Assembly (NCBI GenBank): GCA_902626605.1
Contig: CACOFZ010000002.1
Location: 21,932-85,931, forward strand
Source of the DNA: an uncultured PS1 clade bacterium
GTDB taxonomy: Bacteria; Pseudomonadota; Alphaproteobacteria; MED-G09
DNA: 64,000 bases
Reading direction: 5' to 3'
In this document: piece after piece, positions 28,669 to 39,744 of the stretch
Layout: each line of letters begins with the position of its first letter
Numbering within the stretch: position 1 is the first letter of the stretch
Notes under the pieces: model-generated
Seen by the model: the letters and a program-made list of their open reading frames with translations, nothing else
What the model was told of the DNA's origin: nothing
The model's database searches: none
Position numbers and translations under genes: made by a program

Positions 28669-30222
28669 TTACAAGCCTGGAAGTATTTTTTTCTCTCGCT
28701 TTATAATTAACCTATTAAGTGCAGCTATATATGCTTTTGCAGATGCCACGAGTGTATCAGTATCAGCACCCCTGCCAACTACAGTCTTACCGTCCTCTTG
28801 CAAACGAACACTAACTTCTGCTTGTGCATCGGTACCCTCAGTTACTGCATGTACTTGATATAATTGAAGATTGGCACTATGAGGAAATAATTTTCTAATG
28901 GCATTAAAGATTGCATCAACAGGACCTGACCCTTCTGTAATAGATGTTACCTTTTTATCATTAATATCTAGGGTTAAATCAGCCGTTTGTGGGCCTGAGG
29001 TACCTGCCTTGATATTAAGTGAAATAAGCTTTATTTGGTCAATAGCATTTGAAAATTCGTCATCAATAATAGCAATTATGTCATCATCAAATATTTCCTT
29101 TTTTTTGTCTGCTAAATCTTTAAATCTATAAAATGCGTCATTCAATTGATTATCAGCAAGCTCATAGCCAAGTTCAAATGCCTTTTCTTTAAAAGCGTGA
29201 CGACCAGAATGTTTACCCATCACAAGTGTTGACTCACTTAGACCAACACTCTCAGGGGTCATAATTTCATATGTTTCATTATTTTTAAGCATACCGTCCT
29301 GATGAATACCAGACTCATGAGCAAAAGCATTCTTTCCAACAATTGCCTTGTTATATTGAACAGGGAACGATGTTACTGATGAAACTAACCTTGATGCCCT
29401 TGTAAAAAGAGTGGTATCAACCTTAGACTCATAATTTAATATATCTTTCCTTACTTTCATTGACATTACCAATTCTTCAAGTGCAGCATTACCTGCACGT
29501 TCTCCAATTCCATTCATAGTACATTCAATTTGTCTAGCACCAGCCCTCACACCGGATAAAGAATTGGCAACAGCTAGACCAAGATCATTATGACAATGAG
29601 TTGAAAATGTAACCTTGTCAGCTGAAGGTACGTTATTGATTAATGAGTCGATAATTTCAAAATATTCCTCAGGAGTAGTGTAACCAACTGTATCAGGTAT
29701 ATTTATAGTTGAAGCTCCAGATGAAATAGCAGTCTCGACACACTTAAAAAGAAAATCTCTATTAGTTCTAGTTGCATCTTCAGCAGACCACTGAACATCT
29801 TCAACTAGGTTTCTAGCCCTTGAAACTGATCGTTGAATGGCATCAATAACTTGATCTTCATTCATTTGTAACTTGAATTTCATATGTATTGGACTTGTTG
29901 CTATAAATGTATGAATACGTGGATTAACTGCATGTTTTACTGCAGCTCCTGCTCTATCAATATCTTTATCTCCAGCCCTAGCTAAACCACAAACTTGAAT
30001 GTTTTTAACAACTTTAGAAACCTCAGATACAGACTCAAAGTCGCCCTCGGAAGCAATCGGAAAACCAGCCTCGATAATATCAATACCCATAGTATCAAAA
30101 ATTTCGGCTATTTGAATTTTTTCACTCAATGACATTGAAGCCCCAGGAGATTGCTCCCCATCTCTAAGCGTCGTATCAAAAATTTTAATGTAATTATTTG
30201 TTTTGTTCATTTTTATCTCCAA
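28669..30222 (-). CDS. leuA: 2-isopropylmalate synthase
   Basis: N-terminal IKIFDTTLRDGEQSPGASMS. HxH metal site HCHNDLG. C-terminal regulatory domain. 517 aa. Confidence 0.9.
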   Translation of the reverse strand: MEIKMNKTNNYIKIFDTTLRDGEQSPGASMSLSEKIQIAEIFDTMGIDIIEAGFPIASEGDFESVSEVSKVVKNIQVCGLARAGDKDIDRAGAAVKHAVNPRIHTFIATSPIHMKFKLQMNEDQVIDAIQRSVSRARNLVEDVQWSAEDATRTNRDFLFKCVETAISSGASTINIPDTVGYTTPEEYFEIIDSLINNVPSADKVTFSTHCHNDLGLAVANSLSGVRAGARQIECTMNGIGERAGNAALEELVMSMKVRKDILNYESKVDTTLFTRASRLVSSVTSFPVQYNKAIVGKNAFAHESGIHQDGMLKNNETYEIMTPESVGLSESTLVMGKHSGRHAFKEKAFELGYELADNQLNDAFYRFKDLADKKKEIFDDDIIAIIDDEFSNAIDQIKLISLNIKAGTSGPQTADLTLDINDKKVTSITEGSGPVDAIFNAIRKLFPHSANLQLYQVHAVTEGTDAQAEVSVRLQEDGKTVVGRGADTDTLVASAKAYIAALNRLIIKREKKILPGL

Positions 30223-30282
30223 AAAAAACTATTTTTGGCTTTTTAAAATTATCCCCTAAGACATCTTGCCAAAAGATTAGTC

Positions 30283-30390
30283 CTAGAGGCTAATAAGCAG
30301 AAGAGATAAAAGAACTGAAGACAGTAGGATAGTCTCAAGCAAATTTGTATCGCTGTTTAAAAACAATTTATGTTGACTATCTATGTTCAT
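30283..30390 (-). CDS. candidate leucine-rich leader peptide upstream of leuA (MNIDSQHKLFLNSDTNLLETILLSSVLLSLLLISL)
   Basis: 35-codon ORF in the ilvC-leuA spacer. 8 Leu in the last 15 codons. 7 of those use CUN codons, which are rare in this AT-rich genome. A hairpin (UUUUGGC…GCCAAAA) plus U8 follows, immediately before the leuA SD. Confidence 0.3.
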   Translation of the reverse strand: MNIDSQHKLFLNSDTNLLETILLSSVLLSLLLISL

Positions 30391-30433
30391 AAATAAGCTA
30401 ATGCCTTAAATTTTTGATTGGATCAAGTAAAAA

Positions 30434-31456
<1,023 letters not shown>

Positions 31457-31479
31457 TTATAATCTCCGCATAATGAATT

Positions 31480-31995
31480 TTAATTTTTTGAACCACGAGC
31501 AATTGCGGCTAAACCAGTTCTTGATATATCGTTCAACCCTAAAGGACGCAAAAGGTCAATAAATGAATTAATTTTATCCATTGCGCCTGTCAATTCGAAA
31601 ACAAATGACTTATCAGTTGTATCAACAATTTTTGCTCTATAAATTTCTACCAATCTAAGAATTTCTTCTTTATTCTCATTGGTGTATAATACTTTAATTA
31701 ATGCCATTTCTCTCTCTACTGAGGGTCCTTCAATAGTAAGATCTGTAACTTTATGAACTGGAACAAGTCTCTCCAAATGTCGCTTTATTTGATCAATTGT
31801 TTTTGGACTTCCTTTTGTAACAATTGTAATTCTTGAAGTATGAGAGTCTTTATCCACTTCAGCAACAGTAAGGCTTTCAATGTTATATCCTCGTCCCGAA
31901 AAAAGGCCTATTACCCTTGCTAATACCCCAGCTTCATTGTCTACAAGTAAAGAAAAAGTATGGGTTTCTTGAACATCTTCTTTGATTGTAATCAT
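31480..31995 (-). CDS. ilvH: acetolactate synthase small (regulatory) subunit
   Basis: ACT domain N-terminus TFSLLVDNEAGVLARVIGLFSGRGYNIESL. 171 aa. 4-nt overlap with the large subunit gene. Confidence 0.85.
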   Translation of the reverse strand: MITIKEDVQETHTFSLLVDNEAGVLARVIGLFSGRGYNIESLTVAEVDKDSHTSRITIVTKGSPKTIDQIKRHLERLVPVHKVTDLTIEGPSVEREMALIKVLYTNENKEEILRLVEIYRAKIVDTTDKSFVFELTGAMDKINSFIDLLRPLGLNDISRTGLAAIARGSKN

Positions 31996-33737
31996 ATCAA
32001 AACCTTTCCTTCATCGCCAACTTCTATTGATGTACCCTCATCATTCAAAAGCATTTCATTATGCCCAGCTCCAGAGGGTATCATTGGATAACAATTTTCA
32101 TCTTTATCAACAACACAATCAAAAATTACAGGTAAATCACTATTAAGCATTTCTTTAATCTTATCATCTAATTCTTTAGGGTTTTGAGCTCGAATACCAT
32201 GAGCGCCATAAGCTTCAGCTAATTTCACAAAATCAGGCAGAGAGTCTGTGTAAGAGTGAGAATATCTTCCACCATGAAGTAGTTCTTGCCATTGCCTAAC
32301 CATGCCCATGTATTGATTATTTAGAATGAATATTTTAACCGGCAATTTATGTTGAACAGCTGTTGATAATTCTTGCATGTTCATTAAAATTGATGCTTCT
32401 CCAGCAATATCAATGACAGTAGATTTTGGAAAAGCAACTTGAGTACCTATTGCAGCAGGCAGTCCATATCCCATAGTGCCCAATCCTCCTGATGTCATCC
32501 ATCTATTAGGCTTATTAAAATGATAATGTTGGGCAGCCCACATTTGATGTTGACCAACCTCAGTACTAATAAAAGTATCCCTATCTTTTGTTAATTCATA
32601 TAATCGCTCAATAGCGTATTGAGGTTTAATTGTTTTTTCAGATTTTACATAATTTAGAGATTTAATATCTCTCCATTTATTTATTTGATCCCACCATTTT
32701 GAATTATCAAATTTATAACCTTTTGATCTCCACAAAATAAGCATATTTTCTAATACATGAGCACAATCACCTATCACAGAGACATCAACATCAATGGTCT
32801 TATTAATTGAAGAGGGATCAATATCAACATGTATTTTTTTTGAATTTGGAGAAAACGCATCTAAACGACCAGTAACTCTGTCATCAAATCTTGCGCCAAT
32901 GTTAATTATTAAATCACTATCGTGCATAGTCATATTTGCTTCATATGTGCCATGCATACCCAACATACCAAGCCATTGATTATTGTCTGCAGGAAAAGAA
33001 CCTAAGCCCATTAATGTAGATGTTATAGGAAAACCAGTTAAATTAACAAACTCTCTTAAAAGATGGCTAGCCTCAGGTCCAGAATTTATAACTCCACCAC
33101 CAGTATAAAAAACAGGTTTCTTTGCTTTAGACATTAATTCGACTGCCTGTTCAATCTCAGAAATTTCTGGTTTCACTTTTGGTTTATAGCTTGAATGCTC
33201 AACTTCAGACATTGAACAATATTCTGCATCAGCAAATTGAACATCTTTAGGAATATCAATAAGAACAGGTCCAGGCCTTCCGGTTGTAGCTACTAGAAAT
33301 GCTAAATGTATTGTCTTTGCTAAATCCTCAGGTCTTTTCACTAACCAATTATGTTTAGTACAAGGCCTAGTAATCCCTATTGTGTCACATTCTTGGAAAG
33401 CATCTGTTCCGATTAAATGGCTTGGAACCTGACCAGAAATACAAACCAACGGAATAGAGTCCATTAAGGCATCAGTCAGACCAGTAACAGCATTTGTAGC
33501 ACCTGGACCTGAAGTAACAAGAACTACACCAGGTTTTCCAGAAGACCTTGCATACCCCTCAGCTGCATGAACTGCGCCTTGTTCATGACGAACTAAAATA
33601 TGAGCAGGAGCTTTATTACTTTTAAATAATTCATCATACAAAGGTAAAACTGCACCTCCAGGATAGCCAAAAATATGATCTACACCCTGTTCATTCAAAG
33701 CTTTTACTATTACCTCAGCACCAGTCATTTTGGTCAT
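31992..33737 (-). CDS. ilvI: acetolactate synthase large subunit (biosynthetic AHAS)
   Basis: ThDP enzyme with TGAEVIVKALNEQGVDHIFGYPGGAVLP and the ThDP-binding GDG…N region. 581 aa. Confidence 0.9.
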   Translation of the reverse strand: MTKMTGAEVIVKALNEQGVDHIFGYPGGAVLPLYDELFKSNKAPAHILVRHEQGAVHAAEGYARSSGKPGVVLVTSGPGATNAVTGLTDALMDSIPLVCISGQVPSHLIGTDAFQECDTIGITRPCTKHNWLVKRPEDLAKTIHLAFLVATTGRPGPVLIDIPKDVQFADAEYCSMSEVEHSSYKPKVKPEISEIEQAVELMSKAKKPVFYTGGGVINSGPEASHLLREFVNLTGFPITSTLMGLGSFPADNNQWLGMLGMHGTYEANMTMHDSDLIINIGARFDDRVTGRLDAFSPNSKKIHVDIDPSSINKTIDVDVSVIGDCAHVLENMLILWRSKGYKFDNSKWWDQINKWRDIKSLNYVKSEKTIKPQYAIERLYELTKDRDTFISTEVGQHQMWAAQHYHFNKPNRWMTSGGLGTMGYGLPAAIGTQVAFPKSTVIDIAGEASILMNMQELSTAVQHKLPVKIFILNNQYMGMVRQWQELLHGGRYSHSYTDSLPDFVKLAEAYGAHGIRAQNPKELDDKIKEMLNSDLPVIFDCVVDKDENCYPMIPSGAGHNEMLLNDEGTSIEVGDEGKVLI

Positions 33738-33817
33738 TTATAAATTCCTTTAATTACTTTTTTATCAATCAATCTTGCAGGAAATTAATAAATATAGCAA
33801 TAAAGGTCAATATTATT

Positions 33818-34732
33818 TTATAATTTTTTTATAATTTTGTTTATAATTTTATTTGAATATTGCGTATTTATGCTATTCCACGAAATCATCTGATTATTTA
33901 TCCAAGTTATTTGCCTTTTTGCGTATTGATGAGTTTTGAACTTAATTAAATCTAAAGCTCTATCAAAAGTGATATCGTTATTTAAAAATGAGGTAATTTC
34001 ATCTACACCTATCGCCTTCATTATTGGCGAATTTTTAGAGTAATTCTTATTTAATAAACGTCTTACTTCTTCAATTACGCCATTTTCAAACATATAATCG
34101 ACTCTTAAATCGCAATTTTTATAAATCCACTCTCTATCAGCATCTATTTTAAAATTTATGGATTTATAATTTATTATTTTTTCTCTGTTCATGAGCCAAA
34201 AGTCTGAAATTTTTTTGTTAGTACCTTCATATACCTCTAATGCTCTCATTATTCTTTGCCTATCATTGGGGTTGATTTTTTTTGATGCCTTCGGATCAAT
34301 TAAAAATAATCTTTTTTGTAATTTCTCAAGACCATTTTTTTCTAATTCGTTCTCGATTTTTAACCTTATTGATTTGTCTATATCCGGTATAGGTGATAAT
34401 CCATCAGTAACTGCTTTAAAATATAACCCTGTGCCACCAACAATTATTGGTACTTTTTTTCTTTTTATTACATCTTTTAGTATTTCATTTATTTCGTGAA
34501 TCCATTTTCCAACCGACCAATTAATATCTCCATCTAAAAAACCATAACAGTGATGTTTAATTTTTTCTTTTCCGATATCAGGTCTAGCTGTTAAAATAAA
34601 TAAATCTCGATAAAGCTGAATCGAGTCGGCATTTATTATTTCACCATCAATTTTTTCTGCTAATTTAATGGCTAAAGAAGATTTTCCTGTAGCAGTTGGA
34701 CCAGATAATAAAACTATTTTTTCAATCATCAT
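33818..34732 (-). CDS. miaA: tRNA dimethylallyltransferase
   Basis: P-loop GPTATGKS and the IINADSIQLYRDL motif. Confidence 0.85.
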   Translation of the reverse strand: MMIEKIVLLSGPTATGKSSLAIKLAEKIDGEIINADSIQLYRDLFILTARPDIGKEKIKHHCYGFLDGDINWSVGKWIHEINEILKDVIKRKKVPIIVGGTGLYFKAVTDGLSPIPDIDKSIRLKIENELEKNGLEKLQKRLFLIDPKASKKINPNDRQRIMRALEVYEGTNKKISDFWLMNREKIINYKSINFKIDADREWIYKNCDLRVDYMFENGVIEEVRRLLNKNYSKNSPIMKAIGVDEITSFLNNDITFDRALDLIKFKTHQYAKRQITWINNQMISWNSINTQYSNKIINKIIKKL

Positions 34733-34841
34733 TTATATTTTTTAGTCTTAAATTTAGTTAATAAATAAATTAAATTATTTTCAAACATTATTAGATATAT
34801 ATGTTAATTAAAATTAATTAATTTTCTTAAACGGTAAAATT

Positions 34842-36083
34842 ATGGAACTAATAAAATCATTTAAAGCCTTAAGACCAAAAAAGGGTAAAGAAAATGATGT
34901 AATAGCCCCTCCTTATGATGTATTAAGTTCATTAGAGGCAAGAGAAATGGCTGAAAATAAACCATTTAGCTTTCTACATGTTTCAAGGCCTGAAATAGAC
35001 TTAAACCATGAAATTGAATTTAACGATCCTAAGGTTTATGAAAAAGGTGCGGAAAATCTAAGTAATTTAATAAAAAATAAAGTTTTGATACAGGATGATG
35101 AGGATTGCTTATATATTTATGAAATAATATTAAATCAAATATCGCAAACTGGTATAGGTTGTATAGCTTCTGTAGAGGCATATGAAAAAAATATTATAAA
35201 AAAACATGAATATACCAAACCGGTGAAGGAAGATGATAGAGTAGAAAATATTTCCAAACTTGAAGCACAAACCGGTCCTGTTCTTTTAGCATATAAAAAT
35301 ACAGATAAAATTTCCAAGGCAATACATAAAGTTAAAGATCAAAAACCAGAATATAATGTTTTTGCTCATGATGGATCAAATCATAAAATTTGGATTGTAA
35401 ATAATAATAATCAAATTGAAGAAATACTCAGTGAAATTAACTCTATGGAGTCCCTCTTTATTGCTGATGGACACCATAGATCAGCGGCAGCCGCTAGAGT
35501 AAAAGAAAAATTTTCAAAAAAAAATCATAACCATGATGGTAGTGAAAACTATAATTATTTTCTTGCAGTTGCTTTTCCCCACTCAGAAATGACAATCTTG
35601 GATTATAATAGAATAATAAGAGGATTAAACGGGCAATCAATTAATTCTCTTATATCTAATATAGAGAAAAATTACTTTATAAAAAAACATAGTGAAGAAT
35701 TTAGACCAGCGACCAAAAATACTTTTGGTATGTACTTAGATAAAAATTGGTATGAATTAAATGCTATTAAAGAAAATATAAATTTAACCGACCCAGTAAA
35801 GTCACTTGATGTATCTATATTGCATGACACAATTATTGAACCTCTGCTTGGTATTTATGATGAAAGAACTGACCCAAGAATAGATTTTGTTGGAGGCGCA
35901 AGAGGTCTCAAAGAGCTTGAAAATAGAGTTAATAATGACAACTTTGATATTGCTTTTGCTCTTTTTCCTACCCCTATTGAGGCTCTTATAGATGTAGCAG
36001 AGGCCGACAAGGTAATGCCTCCCAAATCAACATGGTTTGAACCAAAATTGCTAGATGGATTATTATCTCACCTTATAAATTAA
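34842..36083 (+). CDS. DUF1015 family protein
   Basis: Conserved IADGHHRSAAA core typical of DUF1015. 413 aa. Confidence 0.6.
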   Translation: MELIKSFKALRPKKGKENDVIAPPYDVLSSLEAREMAENKPFSFLHVSRPEIDLNHEIEFNDPKVYEKGAENLSNLIKNKVLIQDDEDCLYIYEIILNQISQTGIGCIASVEAYEKNIIKKHEYTKPVKEDDRVENISKLEAQTGPVLLAYKNTDKISKAIHKVKDQKPEYNVFAHDGSNHKIWIVNNNNQIEEILSEINSMESLFIADGHHRSAAAARVKEKFSKKNHNHDGSENYNYFLAVAFPHSEMTILDYNRIIRGLNGQSINSLISNIEKNYFIKKHSEEFRPATKNTFGMYLDKNWYELNAIKENINLTDPVKSLDVSILHDTIIEPLLGIYDERTDPRIDFVGGARGLKELENRVNNDNFDIAFALFPTPIEALIDVAEADKVMPPKSTWFEPKLLDGLLSHLIN

Positions 36084-36087
36084 GCAA

Positions 36088-37560
36088 TTATTTTTGATTA
36101 AAAGATAAAGCAACTAAAGAAACTAATCTCAGTTCAGGCCTCCAAACTCTTAACAGAATTCTCTCGTCACCCTCTTTTTGACGTTCTTTTAATAAATTAT
36201 AAACTTGTTCAGAACTTTCTGCTTTTACAGTTGATTGAAGAGTAATGTTCCCTGATACTCTTTGATGAGTTAAACTAATAATAACACTTCCATTTGTAAT
36301 TTTTTTTGAAAAAGCTTCAGATTCCTCATCAACAGTAATTACTGCAACACCTTTTATAGTTGAAGGGATCTGATTTTCCCTTCGGAAATTTTCAGTAAGA
36401 TCACCAAGACCAAGCCCCAAAATTTTATCAATATTATTGGAAGCTTCCTCGTTTACTTTATTCTCATTACCTTCAAGTCTTCCAATTTTAACTTTAAGCT
36501 CAACCTCTTTACCAAAACGAATAAGTCTAACTTTTATTTTTTTACCAATATCAGTATTAGCTACTTTTGTAGTAAGGTCTCTCATATCGTTAATTTCTTC
36601 TTTATTATAACCTATTATAACATCACCTTCTTCAATTCCCGCCTTATCAGCAGGTCCGTCCTTAACAACTTGCTGAACTAAAGCTCCTTTTGCTTCATCC
36701 AAATCCATATCTTTAGCAAGTTCCTCGGTGACATTTTGTATCATAACTCCAAGCCAACCTCTTCTTGTTTCGCCATATTTTTTAAGTTGATCAATAACTG
36801 GTTTTACTAAGTCAGACGGTATTGAAAAGCCTATTCCAACTGATCCGCCTGTTTGTGAGTAAATCATTGTATTTACTCCAATAACCTCACCATTCATATT
36901 AAAAAGTGGTCCACCAGAGTTACCTTTATTTATAGGGGCGTCGGTTTGAATAAAGTGATCATAAGGACCTGATCCGATATTTCTACCTAAAGCAGAAATA
37001 ATACCCGCAGTGACTGTACCTCCTAAACCAAAAGGATTTCCAATAGCAACAACCCATTCACCAACCTTAGAATCTTCACTATCGCCAAAACTAACATAAG
37101 GAAGATCTTCCTCAGGATTAATTTTCAATAATGCAAGATCCATGCGTGGATCTAATCCAATTACCTCAGCATCATAAACCTCGTCATTACTTAGGGTTAT
37201 CTTTATTGTTTCAGCCTCTTCGACAACATGATTATTGGTTACAATATATCCATCATCTGAAATAATAAAACCTGAACCAGCTGTTCTTTGAGGCGTTCTT
37301 TTTTGAGGTTGATTTCTAAAAAAATCTCTGAATCTTTCATCATTAAAAAAATCAAAAGGAGATCCAGGAGGGCTTTGACGCATTTGTCGAGATTGGCTTT
37401 CTTTCTCTTTTTGCTTCCTTACTACTGATACATTTACAACAGAGGATGAATACTCTTCCGCAAGAAAAGTAAAATCTGGTAATGATGAATTTGCAGTGGG
37501 ATTTAAAAAAAACACAGAAAGAAAAGGTATTACTAAATATTTTAAAGTTAATTTCTTCAT
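36088..37560 (-). CDS. degP: periplasmic serine endoprotease DegP/HtrA (Do family)
   Basis: Signal peptide. Catalytic triad context HVV…D…GNSGGPL. Two PDZ-like C-terminal domains. 490 aa. Confidence 0.85.
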   Translation of the reverse strand: MKKLTLKYLVIPFLSVFFLNPTANSSLPDFTFLAEEYSSSVVNVSVVRKQKEKESQSRQMRQSPPGSPFDFFNDERFRDFFRNQPQKRTPQRTAGSGFIISDDGYIVTNNHVVEEAETIKITLSNDEVYDAEVIGLDPRMDLALLKINPEEDLPYVSFGDSEDSKVGEWVVAIGNPFGLGGTVTAGIISALGRNIGSGPYDHFIQTDAPINKGNSGGPLFNMNGEVIGVNTMIYSQTGGSVGIGFSIPSDLVKPVIDQLKKYGETRRGWLGVMIQNVTEELAKDMDLDEAKGALVQQVVKDGPADKAGIEEGDVIIGYNKEEINDMRDLTTKVANTDIGKKIKVRLIRFGKEVELKVKIGRLEGNENKVNEEASNNIDKILGLGLGDLTENFRRENQIPSTIKGVAVITVDEESEAFSKKITNGSVIISLTHQRVSGNITLQSTVKAESSEQVYNLLKERQKEGDERILLRVWRPELRLVSLVALSFNQK

Positions 37561-37573
37561 TGAATTATGACTA

Positions 37574-38554
37574 TTATTCTGAGGCTAAGTCAGGACATAA
37601 AGCATCCCTTAGCCTGCTATTATTATTGATTAAGTTGATTAAATTTTTACTTTCATCACTTAATTTATCTGTTGAATTTGTAACGATAGATGAAGAATTT
37701 GGATTATTTAAAAATTTAAAAAACTCACTATCTGGAGATAAAACAATAGTTGTTTCATCATCTAATGAGTTTTCGTATGACATCATAGATCTATAAAATG
37801 CAAAAAAGTCCTTATCAAGTCCATAAGCTGACGCAAATATTCTATTCCTGCAAGCATCACCAATACCTCTATTAATTTCTGCATCACGAGTAGCCTCTGA
37901 TAACAAAACAGTTACAGTTTTTTCAGCTTCTGCTCTAATACCTCTGGAGATTTCCTGACCCTTACCCCTAAATTCAGCAGCTTCCTGTTGTCTCTCAGTT
38001 TGCATTCTTCTATAAATTGCCTGGCTATTTGCATCAGGTAAATCAGCTCTTTTAATTTTAACATCTACAATATTAATACCTAAATTAAGGGCTTGTTCAT
38101 TTGCTCTTTCAGTAATTTTCTTCATAAGGTCATCTCTATTATCTCTTACAACTGTAACAAATTCCTCTGCACCTAAAATAGATCTCAAACTTGAAGATAC
38201 AATAGCCTGTAATCTTGAACGAGCTATTCTTTCATCTCTAACACTTATGTAAAATTGAAGAGGATCTGAAATTCTCCATCTTGTAAAAGAGTCAACAACA
38301 AGTCTTTTTTGATCTGCTGCAATTACTTCCTCGGCTGGAGAGTCTAAGGCTAAAATTCTTTTATCCAAATATTGAACTTGTTGGATGAAAGGCATTTTAA
38401 TTTTTAATCCAGGCTCAGTAATTGGAGCACCAACTGGTCTTCCAAATTGAAGAACGATTGCTTGACGAGTTTCATGAACAGAAAAAAATGTATTAAAAAT
38501 TAATAATACAAAAATACCAAGAAAAATTATTGAAGCAGTCTGTTTAATACTCAT
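37574..38554 (-). CDS. hflC: protease modulator HflC
   Basis: N-terminal TM helix plus SPFH/band-7 domain. Immediately downstream of hflK with a 1-nt overlap. Confidence 0.8.
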   Translation of the reverse strand: MSIKQTASIIFLGIFVLLIFNTFFSVHETRQAIVLQFGRPVGAPITEPGLKIKMPFIQQVQYLDKRILALDSPAEEVIAADQKRLVVDSFTRWRISDPLQFYISVRDERIARSRLQAIVSSSLRSILGAEEFVTVVRDNRDDLMKKITERANEQALNLGINIVDVKIKRADLPDANSQAIYRRMQTERQQEAAEFRGKGQEISRGIRAEAEKTVTVLLSEATRDAEINRGIGDACRNRIFASAYGLDKDFFAFYRSMMSYENSLDDETTIVLSPDSEFFKFLNNPNSSSIVTNSTDKLSDESKNLINLINNNSRLRDALCPDLASE

Positions 38555-39648
38555 TATCTTTTACCTTTCTGGTTTATTTCGTTTAAAGGTAAGTAAGGAA
38601 CCACTCCCTGACCTCCAACTGAGTCATTATCAACAATTATCTTATTCATACTCCCAAAAACCTTTTCCATGGTCTCTAGAAACATTCTTTGTCTTGTAAC
38701 ATCTTTAGCTTGTATATATTCAGAGTAGATTGATACAAATCTCGTAGCTTGACCTTCCGCCTCAGCAACGGTTTGTGATTGATAAGCCTCTGATTCCCTT
38801 AGAATTTTTGATGCCTCACCCTGTGCTTCTGGAACAATTTTATTCGCATATGCATTTGCTTCATTTCTTGCTCGCTCTTGGTCAGCTCTTGCAGCCTGGA
38901 CGTCCCTAAATGCATCAATAACAGCAGAAGGTGGATCAACTTTTTGCATTTTTACTTCTCTGATCTCAATTCCAGAACCATAAGAGTCAAGAGTAGATTG
39001 CATAAGAGACCTAACATCATTTTCAGTTTTTTGCCGGGCTCCTGTTAAAATTGGTTGAATATCCGAATTACCTACAATTTCTCTCATGGCGCTCTCAGAG
39101 ACAGCTTTTATTGTTCTTTCAGGATATTGAATTTTGAATAAAAATGAACTTGCGTCTTTTATGACCCAAAAAACAGAAAAATCTATATCAACTATATTTT
39201 CATCACCAGTAAGCATTAGACTTTCTTCTGGAACATCTCTTAAAGATCTTGATGGATTTGAAAAACCAGAACCGGATGGACCTCTCATTCCTATATCAAT
39301 TCTATTAACAGTTGTTACTTTTGGCGTAATTGCAGTCTCAATTGGAAAAGGAAGATGATAATGCAAGCCAGGTCCTGTTTGACTTGTAAATTTACCAAAC
39401 CTAAGAACAACACCTTGCTCATCAGCATTAACTCTATAAATACCGCTTAATGACCATAACCCAAATAAGATTAATAGTACGGCTAATAAACCTTTCCACC
39501 CTTTACCACCACCAGGTAAAAATTTTGAAATAATTTTTTGAAGACCGTTAAAGGGATTCTCAAAATCTTGGCGGTTATTATTCTGACCCCATGGATTTTG
39601 ATTATTTCCATTCCAATCATTATTCTTATTAATTGTTTTTTGTTTCAT
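38554..39648 (-). CDS. hflK: protease modulator HflK
   Basis: N/Q/G-rich N-terminus, single TM, SPFH domain. Gene order hflK-hflC-degP. Confidence 0.8.
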   Translation of the reverse strand: MKQKTINKNNDWNGNNQNPWGQNNNRQDFENPFNGLQKIISKFLPGGGKGWKGLLAVLLILFGLWSLSGIYRVNADEQGVVLRFGKFTSQTGPGLHYHLPFPIETAITPKVTTVNRIDIGMRGPSGSGFSNPSRSLRDVPEESLMLTGDENIVDIDFSVFWVIKDASSFLFKIQYPERTIKAVSESAMREIVGNSDIQPILTGARQKTENDVRSLMQSTLDSYGSGIEIREVKMQKVDPPSAVIDAFRDVQAARADQERARNEANAYANKIVPEAQGEASKILRESEAYQSQTVAEAEGQATRFVSIYSEYIQAKDVTRQRMFLETMEKVFGSMNKIIVDNDSVGGQGVVPYLPLNEINQKGKR

Positions 39649-39744
39649 TTTTAAACTTTCTATTTACTCAATATGTCCTTATATGACATCTTGAGCCATG
39701 GAGTAAATCAAATTCAACAACATTAACGAAATTTAATTATATAT

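Noticed and set aside
37482-37796. 104-aa plus-strand ORF spanning the degP start / hflC end
   Set aside because: It is antisense to two well-supported genes (degP N-terminus and hflC C-terminus). It has low complexity.
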